Assembly (NCBI GenBank): GCA_050173015.1
Contig: JBFXLE010000025.1
Span: forward strand, 1 to 64,000
DNA length: 64,000 nucleotides
From: Calditrichaceae bacterium
GTDB taxonomy: Bacteria > Calditrichota > Calditrichia > Calditrichales > JBFXGD01
Direction: 5' to 3'
The translations under genes were made by a program, and so were the position numbers. Each line of letters begins with the position of its first letter. The stretch's first letter is position 1. The notes under the pieces were generated by a model. It was not told where the DNA came from and ran no database searches. It saw nothing but the letters and a program-made list of their open reading frames with translations. This document shows, piece by piece, positions 1-7,973 of the stretch.

Positions 1-1
1 C

Positions 2-187
2 ATCGGTACCCCAAATATCATATAAAGAAATCTGTAGAGCTTCATCTGCGTAAAGAGTATCTGCTGTCCATACAAAGTTATGACTGGTGGTGTCATCTTC
101 CATAAATTCAATGGGATTCCGGTCTGTTTCACAACCGACAAAAAATATACATGGTAGTATAAAGATAAGGATTAATTTTTTTCTCAT
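2..187 (-). CDS. Lipoprotein, 5' part only (runs off the window start)
   Basis: Not in the ORF track. My translation from ATG at 187: MRKKLILIFILPCIFFVGCETDRNPIEFMEDDTTSHNFVWTADTLYADEALQISLYDIWGTD. Basic N-terminus, hydrophobic core, lipobox FVG-C, frame open to the edge. Confidence 0.75.
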   Translation of the reverse strand, partial: MRKKLILIFILPCIFFVGCETDRNPIEFMEDDTTSHNFVWTADTLYADEALQISLYDIWGTD

Positions 188-580
188 AATAGTAATTTCC
201 TTGTAGCAGGGTTTTTATAGAATGTTTTTAGCCGGCATTATAATCTCACAATCGAATGTATCGCCGTATCGGGCTTATTTTTTTGTTCTTTCATATTTAA
301 GTCAAATACGGGGACTCTTAGGTATTATAAATATTGGCAAAAATACTGAAATAAAATACGGTATGAAGTTAGACCTTGTAAATAGAATAAAATTTTTATC
401 AATTCCGGAATGACACTCCGTGCTATCATCAAACTATACAAAACTGCCATTTTGTTGTCTGACGCGCTGATAAAAAGTGCAGATCGTCCACTCATTCATT
501 TTTAATAGTAATAATTTATGAGATAATTGCCGCGACTTTGATATATCTGTGTTAGAAATCATGCCCGCATGATAGGAATC

Positions 581-818
581 ATTCCTGACCCGGAAGAATT
601 CATTTCCGACCGGTCATAAATGGTTCCTAAGTGATCATTATTCGTTCCTAAACGGTCATTTATTATTCCTAAGTGGTAATTATTCATTCCTACGAGGTCA
701 TATATCGTTCCTAAACGGTCATTTATCATTCCTAAGCGGTCATTTATTATTCCTATGTGGTAATTATTCATTCCTACGTGGTCATATATCTTTCCTAAGC
801 GGTGAAAAACATTCCTAA
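581..818. repeat. Imperfect 21-bp tandem repeat, about 11 units, consensus near RTTCCTAAGYGGTCATWTATY
   Basis: Units start at 581, 602, 623, 644, 665, 686, 707, 728, 749, 770 and 791 (the last is 20 bp), with a partial unit at 811. A TTCCTA-like core recurs every 21 nt. Confidence 0.95.
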
Positions 819-908
819 TTTTTAATTAGGGCTTATTTCTGTTAGTTTACCGGGATTTTGGTGACGGGATAAAATACCATGAAAAGCTGAGTCTAATGCT
901 TTATACGT

Positions 909-949
909 AAAAATTCCCCGCGGATTCTTTCATTTTGTCCACGGGGAAT
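909..949 (-). terminator. Probable intrinsic terminator of the cytochrome gene
   Basis: Minus strand ATTCCCCGTGGA-loop-TCCGCGGGGAAT followed by a T-run, about 60 nt after the cytochrome stop. Confidence 0.7.
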
Positions 950-1009
950 GTTAAGATTCAAACTCTCAGTTAAAGTTGACGGAAGCTGTTTATTTTTAAA
1001 AATTTTTCC

Positions 1010-2458
1010 TTATTTCATCAGCATCATTTTCCGGCTTGATGTGAATGTCTCCGTTCTGATCGTGTAGATATAGATTCCGCTTGCCAGGCCTTCCGCGCTC
1101 AGTTTGACAGAATGATCTCCTGCCGGCAGTTTATTGTCCACCAGTCTCATAATCAACTGACCGGTGATAGAATACACGCTCAGATTGACCTGCGACGTTT
1201 TTGGCAGCGAGAAATCGATGGTCGTCGTGGGATTAAACGGATTGGGATGATTCTGACTCAGCCTGAACTGTGTGGGGATTGCCGCCACATCATGAATTCC
1301 GGTCATGATACCGTTTGTATGGATATCATCCGCGTAGCCGGCGGCCCAGGCCACATCCTGATTGGTATGGCAGCTCAGACAGACAAAGTCGAGCGTCACC
1401 GCGGCCAGCCCGTTACCGTCAAGCTGAACCAGACTGCCGTCCATCGTGAACATGGCTTCCCGGGTGACCGCCGCGGTATTGATACCCATAATATGGGTCT
1501 TTACATCGCCTTTCCATCCGTTGCCTACCGCCATGCCAAGCGCCGATTTACTCGCCTGCGGCATATGACAATCCACGCAATCAATCGGTTTTGGCGAGCC
1601 GTTCAGATCGATTTCCTGGTTTGGATGGCATGTCTGGCACTTTGTTGTAATACCGGTCATCCCCTCACCCGCCGCTTCCGGATAGACAACCGTCACATGT
1701 GGATTATGACAGGAGGCGCATGTAAGTTCGGCATTCATCCCGTCGCCATGTTTTGAGGCTCTCATCTCATTAAGCTGTTCGTGGTGTCTTATATAAAGAC
1801 CGCTGGCCGGAATGGCATTGGTCGTTCCGCCGCGCTGATGGCAATCTCCGCATCGGTCTATTGTTAAAACTTCACCCTGGTTGGGCGGCTTTACATTGGA
1901 CGGATCCGCGGCATGCGCTGACCCCGGCCCATGGCACCCTTCGCATCGGATTCCCGGTTCGCTGAATGTGCCAAGGCTGTCTAACGCTATCTCATTCCAG
2001 GATCCTTCCTCTGACGCTCCGGTGGTATGACACTGAAAACAGGCGTAGTTATATTTTAGATCCTGACCCAAATTATACTCTACCCAACTCTGGTCATCCA
2101 GATTATACTGCGCTGAGTCGTTTGCTGTGAATACACGCCCGTCTGTCTTCACCCATCTTGCCTTCCAACCGTATCCGCCAATCACATACGCGAAATCATC
2201 CCAGGTGGTGCCGGCCGGTGGTTCGGGAACCCCCGGGCTTGTATTCGCCGGATAGACAGGTGGTCCGCCCATCACCGGATTCAATTTGTATGGATGCCCT
2301 GTTTTCTGATATTCATTGACAATATCCGGCGTTAAGCCCGTGTGACAGCCAATACAGGTATTGGAGCCCACATAGTCCTGAGCAATCACAATTTTATCGG
2401 AGTCGAATATCAGGAATACAAAAAAGGCCATACAAAAAAGCGGTAACTTATTACGCAT
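1010..2458 (-). CDS. Secreted octaheme cytochrome c with a Por/T9SS-type C-terminal sorting domain
   Basis: Sec signal peptide; eight CxxCH motifs (CIGCH, CFQCH, CEGCH, CGDCH, CASCH, CQTCH, CVDCH, CLSCH); C-terminus LSQNHPNPFNPTTTIDF...SGIYIY...RKMMLMK; SD GGAGG upstream. Confidence 0.9.
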   Translation of the reverse strand: MRNKLPLFCMAFFVFLIFDSDKIVIAQDYVGSNTCIGCHTGLTPDIVNEYQKTGHPYKLNPVMGGPPVYPANTSPGVPEPPAGTTWDDFAYVIGGYGWKARWVKTDGRVFTANDSAQYNLDDQSWVEYNLGQDLKYNYACFQCHTTGASEEGSWNEIALDSLGTFSEPGIRCEGCHGPGSAHAADPSNVKPPNQGEVLTIDRCGDCHQRGGTTNAIPASGLYIRHHEQLNEMRASKHGDGMNAELTCASCHNPHVTVVYPEAAGEGMTGITTKCQTCHPNQEIDLNGSPKPIDCVDCHMPQASKSALGMAVGNGWKGDVKTHIMGINTAAVTREAMFTMDGSLVQLDGNGLAAVTLDFVCLSCHTNQDVAWAAGYADDIHTNGIMTGIHDVAAIPTQFRLSQNHPNPFNPTTTIDFSLPKTSQVNLSVYSITGQLIMRLVDNKLPAGDHSVKLSAEGLASGIYIYTIRTETFTSSRKMMLMK

Positions 2459-2536
2459 AGGTCCTCCCCCTCAATATGTTAATACTACTCAAATAAAATC
2501 AAAGAGACGATTAACCATAATCAATATAGACCCCAA

Positions 2537-2592
2537 TAATCAGAAATGGAAGAAAACAATAATGAAAAATTTTTCATTATTCAGGAATGGAA
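2537..2592. promoter_or_regulatory. Candidate operator region: perfect 24-bp palindrome with 15-bp direct repeats on either side
   Basis: AATAATGAAAAATTTTTCATTATT at 2558-2581; TAATCAGAAATGGAA (2537-2551) and TATTCAGGAATGGAA (2578-2592); lies between the divergent cytochrome and regulator genes. Confidence 0.5.
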
Positions 2593-2640
2593 CGCTATTT
2601 AAGATATGTTTAATGAATATAACAACCGCGGGAATTTTCC

Positions 2641-3309
2641 ATGCATATCCTCATCGCTGATGATGAAAAACAAATCGCCCAATCGTTAAAAAAAAGTCTC
2701 CAAGCCGAGGGTATTAACGCCACGCTGGCCTTTGACGGCGAAGAAACGCTGGAACTGTTACAACGCAACCGGTTTGACGCTGTTCTGCTGGATTGGAGAA
2801 TGCCCGGGCTTAGCGGGATTGAAGTATGCAAGAGTCTGAGAGACTCCGGAAATAAAATCCCCATACTGCTGTTGACGGCGCTCTCTGATCTCTCCAATAA
2901 AATTGAAGCGCTTAATCTTGGCGCGGACGATTATATCACCAAACCATTTTCGGTTAAGGAAGTCATCGCGCGAATAACGGCCGTCACAAGAAGAAATAAT
3001 TTCGGTAACAACAGGATTGTTTTTGATGCTTTTGAACTCGATCTATTGCACAGAACATTAAAATCGCCGGATGATGAAATTAAATTACCTGAAATGGAAT
3101 TTGAGCTCCTGAAATATTTTCTCCTTAACAAAAACAGTATTATCTGCAAAGAACAGCTCTCTTCTGATGTGTGGGCTATGGATTTTTATCCGACCACAAA
3201 TTTTATCGAAGCGACCGTAAAAAATCTGCGTAAAAAACTGGAAGAACACTGCGGCAAAAAATTTATCAAAACCATTTATGGCGAAGGATATATATTTATT
3301 GCGGATTGA
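2641..3309 (+). CDS. OmpR/PhoB-family response regulator
   Basis: Receiver domain (IADDE, LLDWRMP, LTA, KPF) plus winged helix (LRKKL...IKTIYGEGY). Confidence 0.93.
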   Translation: MHILIADDEKQIAQSLKKSLQAEGINATLAFDGEETLELLQRNRFDAVLLDWRMPGLSGIEVCKSLRDSGNKIPILLLTALSDLSNKIEALNLGADDYITKPFSVKEVIARITAVTRRNNFGNNRIVFDAFELDLLHRTLKSPDDEIKLPEMEFELLKYFLLNKNSIICKEQLSSDVWAMDFYPTTNFIEATVKNLRKKLEEHCGKKFIKTIYGEGYIFIAD

Positions 3310-4714
3310 ATTTAAAAAACCACTTTTTACCAGGACCGTTATCCGTGACGCCGCGTGGAACATCGCGGTAATGATCGGATTATATCTGATGTTTAATATT
3401 TTTTCCATCCTTGTGCTGGACCGTCAGCTCGAAAAAAGCCTTGATACACGTATTGCCCATGAAATTGAACATTTTATGAACGCGTTCTATTTTGATCAGG
3501 ATTCGCTTATCATATCTAATCCAAGGGAGCTCATGGAATCCGATCTGACAGAGATTACGGAGAACCCGTTTTTTCTACAGGTGTATGACACAAACGGCAG
3601 TTTATTAATTCAGAGCATGAATATCCCCGGCTATATTGAAATCGCCCCGCAGTTTCCGCCAGTCGAATCCCGGGAAATTGTCTTGGAGAACAGAACATCA
3701 AATGAGAACGATCTGCGGATCGGTTATCAGAAAATTTATAACATACAGGGAAATTTTGTCGCTTATCTTCAATTAGCCGCGCCAAAATCAAGCGCCTATC
3801 AGATCACAAGAAAACTGATTTTGTTTAATGTTCTTACCTTTCCCGTTACACTGATTATTATCATCATTATCAGTATTATTTTAGCAAAAAAAAGTTTCGC
3901 GCCCATCAACAAAATTATCGATGTGGCCAAACGCATCTCCGCCAACAATCTAAAAGAGCGGTTGCGTTATGAAGCCGATCCACATGATGAGATGGGACGT
4001 CTGAGGGATACCCTGAATCACCTGTTTGACAGGCTTGAATCGCAGATCAAACAAATCGCCGATTTTACCGATAACGCTTCCCATCAGCTTTTATCTCCAT
4101 TGACCGTTTTTAAGACCGAACTTGATTATATGAGGCGGTTTACCGATATGGAGGGAAATTGCAAAGAATCCATCTCAACTCTGCGCGAACAGTCCTATCG
4201 GATGATTCAAATTGTACAGACGATGTTGTTTCTCGCTAAGGACTGTAATGATTTCGCGGACAAGAAAAGCGTTTTTAATCTATCACAACTTATCGACCGG
4301 GATATAAGGAATTTTTATAAGAATCAGAATATTTCCTATCGTATTGAAAACGATATTCATCTGCGAGGAAATAAGGATTATTTTTCGCTTGTTATTCAAA
4401 ACTTAATCAATAACGCCATAAAATACACAACTGAGCATCCTGTAATCGTGGTCAGCGCCTATAGGGAAAACTCTTTTGCTGTATTTTCCGTGGAGGATAA
4501 CGGGTGTGGAATTCCGGATGAGGAAAAAAAGATGATTTTTGAGCGTTTCTATCGTGGCGCTCATTCACTTTCAAAGAACATCAGAGGGAACGGACTCGGG
4601 CTGAGCCTGGTGCGGTCAATTGTGGACGCTATGGACGGAACGATTGCTGTGGAGGGTATTTCACCTACAGGCACGAGATTTGTGATCAAGCTTCAGGCAT
4701 TAAAACTGACCTGA
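3278..4714 (+). CDS. HAMP sensor histidine kinase (start may be the TTG at 3299)
   Basis: Two TM segments, HAMP (DEMGRL), H-box ASHQLLSPL, N-box NLINNAIKY, G1 DNGCGI, F-box IFERF, G2 GNGLGL; overlaps the regulator stop. Confidence 0.92.
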   Translation: MAKDIYLLRIEFKKPLFTRTVIRDAAWNIAVMIGLYLMFNIFSILVLDRQLEKSLDTRIAHEIEHFMNAFYFDQDSLIISNPRELMESDLTEITENPFFLQVYDTNGSLLIQSMNIPGYIEIAPQFPPVESREIVLENRTSNENDLRIGYQKIYNIQGNFVAYLQLAAPKSSAYQITRKLILFNVLTFPVTLIIIIIISIILAKKSFAPINKIIDVAKRISANNLKERLRYEADPHDEMGRLRDTLNHLFDRLESQIKQIADFTDNASHQLLSPLTVFKTELDYMRRFTDMEGNCKESISTLREQSYRMIQIVQTMLFLAKDCNDFADKKSVFNLSQLIDRDIRNFYKNQNISYRIENDIHLRGNKDYFSLVIQNLINNAIKYTTEHPVIVVSAYRENSFAVFSVEDNGCGIPDEEKKMIFERFYRGAHSLSKNIRGNGLGLSLVRSIVDAMDGTIAVEGISPTGTRFVIKLQALKLT

Positions 4715-4883
4715 TGGACCCGGTCTGGACGGCTTTTTCGCATTCAAAATATTTAAATGAAATAGTATTCCGGTAGAACAGGTTACATGATAGCTAAAGA
4801 CTAAACAGCTAAATATTTTCCCGTATTGAGAGAACAAAGACGGGATATTATCTTTTGTCATAAATCATCTCAAGGATATAAAT

Positions 4884-5852
4884 ATGGGACAAACAAACGG
4901 TGTATTTAAAATTGCCGCGGCGCAGTTTGCTCCGGTATTTCTTGATAAAAAAGCGACGGTAGATAAAGCCTGTGATCTTATCGATGAAGCCGGACGGAAG
5001 GGCGCGTCTCTTGTGGTATTTCCTGAGTCCTTCATACCGGCCTATCCTGATTGGGTTTGGACTGTCCCCGGCGGCAAGAAAGCCTTATTGAATGAAATGT
5101 ACGCGCGATTGATGGAGAACGCTGTTTCCGTTCCGGATGATTCCACCAATAAATTGTGCAGGGCGGCGAAAAACGCCAAAATTCATGTGGCTATGGGAAT
5201 CAATGAACGTAATACCGATGCCAGCAACGCCAGCCTGTTTAATACCATCCTTTACATCGACTCATCCGGCAATGTCCTCGGAAGACACCGGAAACTGGTA
5301 CCAACCGGTGGTGAACGGCTTGTCTGGGCGCAGGGAGACGGCAGCACTCTGGAAGTCTATGATACACCTTTCGGAAAGCTCGGCGGATTAATCTGCTGGG
5401 AAAATTATATGCCGCTTGCCCGCAACGCCATGTACGCCGCAGGGACTCAAATTTATATCGCTCCCACCTGGGATTCCGGCGAAACCTGGTTGGCCACGCT
5501 CCGTCATATCGCAAAAGAGGGCGGGACATTTGTCATCGGATGCTGCATGGCTATTCATAAGAATGATATCCCCGATCATTATGAATTTAAGCGGTTATAT
5601 TCTTCGGAAAAAGAATGGATCAATCCCGGAGGCAGTTGCATTATCAGCCCGGACGGTAAAGTTATCGCCGGACCGGTTGATATGAAGGAAGAACTTATTC
5701 TCGCGGAAACAGATCTCAATCTCATTCCGGCATCAAAATGGATTCTGGATGTGGCCGGGCACTATGCCAGGCCGGATGTGTTTAAGTTTACGGTTAACCG
5801 TGAACCAAATATGATCATGAGAAATACTCTGCGGAATAATTTTCAGGATTAA
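4884..5852 (+). CDS. Nitrilase (carbon-nitrogen hydrolase family)
   Basis: Glu-Lys-Cys triad motifs VFPES, HRKLVPT and LICWENYMP; C-terminal DVAGHYARPDVF. Confidence 0.92.
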   Translation: MGQTNGVFKIAAAQFAPVFLDKKATVDKACDLIDEAGRKGASLVVFPESFIPAYPDWVWTVPGGKKALLNEMYARLMENAVSVPDDSTNKLCRAAKNAKIHVAMGINERNTDASNASLFNTILYIDSSGNVLGRHRKLVPTGGERLVWAQGDGSTLEVYDTPFGKLGGLICWENYMPLARNAMYAAGTQIYIAPTWDSGETWLATLRHIAKEGGTFVIGCCMAIHKNDIPDHYEFKRLYSSEKEWINPGGSCIISPDGKVIAGPVDMKEELILAETDLNLIPASKWILDVAGHYARPDVFKFTVNREPNMIMRNTLRNNFQD

Positions 5853-5990
5853 ACTACAAATATTATACGTTATGCTTCTTATCTGCATTAGGACATAAAT
5901 TCAATTTAATAATGATCCCCCCCGGTCAATTAGAATTATTGTGAAAAAGAAATTAAAAACATTTATAAACCAACAAAACGGGGGACATCA

Positions 5991-7409
5991 ATGGAAGCAA
6001 CCAGAACGATGGCCGGGACCAAAATTAAGGCTCCGGACACAAACCAGATTCTTGAATTCAAGAATACATTACGGGGAGACCTGATAGGCAGGTCAGATCC
6101 CGGTTACGACGGCGCCAGGAAGGTGTATAACGCCATGATTGACAAAAATCCGCTATTGGTTGCCGAGTGCGCGGATGTAGCAGATGTTATTTTGTCTGTC
6201 AATTTTGCCCGCGAACACGATATGCTCGTCGCCGTCAGGGGCGGCGCCCATAATGTGGCCGGATTCAGCGTTTGTGACGGCGGAATCGTCATTGATCTTT
6301 CAAGGATGAAAGGGATTCATGTGGATCCTGACCGGAAATCGGCGCGGGTTGAAGGTGGGGCGACCTGGGGCGATCTGGATCACGCCACTCATGCCTTTGG
6401 TCTCGCCGCGCCGGGAGGTGTGATCTCGACAACGGGTATAGGCGGTCTCACTTTAGGTGGCGGCATCGGTCATCTGACAAGAAAACACGGTCTTTCATGC
6501 GACAATCTGATATCTGCGGATATTGTAACCGCGGATGGTCGTCTCTTGAAAGTGAATAAGGAACAGAATGCCGATCTTTTTTGGGCCATGCGCGGTGGGG
6601 GCGGGAATTTTGGGATTGTCACATCTTTTGAGTTCAGGCTTCATCCGGTCAGCACCGTATATGCCGGGCCGATCTTCTGGGATCTTGATAAATCGACAGA
6701 AGCCATGCGCTTTTACCGGGATTTTATGAAAAAGGCGCCGGACAGCATGAACGCGTTTTTTGCGTTTCTGATTGTACCACCCGGACCGCCGTTTCCTGAA
6801 CATTTGCACAACAAAAAGGTTTGCGGTGTGGTTTGCTGCCATACGGGGCCATTGGAAAAAGCCGAAAAAGATTCACAACCTCTGCGTGAATTCGGGCCGC
6901 CCCTGTTTGAGCATGTGGGGCCGATGCCCTTTCCCGCGCTCAACAGCGCCTTTGACGGATTGGTACCCAAGGGTTTACAGCACTATTGGAAAGCGGATTT
7001 TGTGAACGAACTATCCGATGAAGTCATCGCCGCGCATGTTAAATACGGTCCGGATATACCGACATTCAACTCGGCGCTCCATATTTACCCGGTCTCGGGA
7101 GCCGCGCAAAAAATCGGGAAAGACGAAACCGCCTATAGTTACCGGGATGCCGAATATGTTCATGTGATCGCCGCCATGTATCCTGACCCTAAGGACACAC
7201 CCAAAAACAAAGAATGGGTAAAACAGTACTGGAACGCGCTTCACCCGCACTCATCAGGAGGCGCCTATGTGAATTTTATGATGGAAGAAGGAGATGAAAG
7301 AATCCAGGCAACTTATCGCGGGAACTATGATCGATTGGCTAAAATCAAAAATAAATACGATCCCGGAAATTTATTTCGTATGAATCAGAACATTCACCCG
7401 AAAGTTTAG
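5991..7409 (+). CDS. FAD-linked oxidase, berberine-bridge-enzyme/VAO-type family
   Basis: RGGAHN flavinylation His motif, GLTLGGGIG, LFWAMRGGGGNFGIVT, C-terminal YVNF...KYDPGNLF. Confidence 0.92.
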   Translation: MEATRTMAGTKIKAPDTNQILEFKNTLRGDLIGRSDPGYDGARKVYNAMIDKNPLLVAECADVADVILSVNFAREHDMLVAVRGGAHNVAGFSVCDGGIVIDLSRMKGIHVDPDRKSARVEGGATWGDLDHATHAFGLAAPGGVISTTGIGGLTLGGGIGHLTRKHGLSCDNLISADIVTADGRLLKVNKEQNADLFWAMRGGGGNFGIVTSFEFRLHPVSTVYAGPIFWDLDKSTEAMRFYRDFMKKAPDSMNAFFAFLIVPPGPPFPEHLHNKKVCGVVCCHTGPLEKAEKDSQPLREFGPPLFEHVGPMPFPALNSAFDGLVPKGLQHYWKADFVNELSDEVIAAHVKYGPDIPTFNSALHIYPVSGAAQKIGKDETAYSYRDAEYVHVIAAMYPDPKDTPKNKEWVKQYWNALHPHSSGGAYVNFMMEEGDERIQATYRGNYDRLAKIKNKYDPGNLFRMNQNIHPKV

Positions 7410-7427
7410 CGCCACAGATCAATACAG

Positions 7428-7471
7428 GCCGATCCTGTGTACACTTTTCTCTACATAGGATCGGCTTTTTT
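7428..7471 (+). terminator. Intrinsic terminator
   Basis: GCCGATCCTGTGTA...TACATAGGATCGGC stem followed by TTTTTT. Confidence 0.85.
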
Positions 7472-7500
7472 AAAAATTACTCATTTCCCGGTACTGTTTT

Positions 7501-7827
7501 TCATGTCGCTTCCGCCCAACCCATGCAGTATCCTTTTGCCTCCACCGGTCCTTTGAACAGTTCACAGCCTCCGCATGATTTCCCGGCCTCCGGTTTAATC
7601 CAAAACGCGCAGTTGTCGCAGACTTCCTTGGGATTTTCCGATTTAGGAATATATTCGAATGACACGCGGGTTTCTCTTTCTTCCGCCGTCAGTCCGCTTA
7701 AATCGGAACAGGGGTCTTTCTTTTCTCCACCGGTACAGGCGGAGATTAACGATGCTCCGCTCACACCAGCGATGCCAAGCAGTGAAATCCTGATAATAAA
7801 TTCTTTTCGGGTTAACTTTTTTGACAT
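7501..7827 (-). CDS. High-potential iron-sulfur protein (HiPIP), Tat-type lipoprotein
   Basis: LTRKEFI Tat-like motif, lipobox LISA-C, HiPIP cysteine pattern CDNCAFW...CGGCELFKGPVEAKGYCMGW. Confidence 0.85.
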   Translation of the reverse strand: MSKKLTRKEFIIRISLLGIAGVSGASLISACTGGEKKDPCSDLSGLTAEERETRVSFEYIPKSENPKEVCDNCAFWIKPEAGKSCGGCELFKGPVEAKGYCMGWAEAT

Positions 7828-7973
7828 TAGATTCTCCTCTTTATTTTGTCATTTCTGACCTATTAGTCTAAATATTGTCTGATGTAAAATTATTCCCCGT
7901 ATTCTGAGAATCCCATTTGAAACCATGATCAAGATCTTTTATTTTATAAATAAATAATTTTCAGATCGGTCAT

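Noticed and set aside
222-413. 63-aa plus-strand ORF
   Set aside because: AT-rich, no SD or recognisable motif, and it lies in the likely promoter region of the minus-strand lipoprotein.
581-818. CRISPR array interpretation of the 21-bp repeats
   Set aside because: The units are contiguous with no unique spacers, the period is too short, and there are no cas genes in the window.
1112-1756. 214-aa ORF antisense to the cytochrome, and the many other short antisense or nested ORFs in the track
   Set aside because: They are shadows of well-supported genes on the other strand or frame and show no family motifs.
2587-2602. TGGAAC-GCTAT-TTAA as a sigma54 promoter for the OmpR-type regulator
   Set aside because: Mismatches in both the -24 and -12 elements; better explained as part of the direct repeat.
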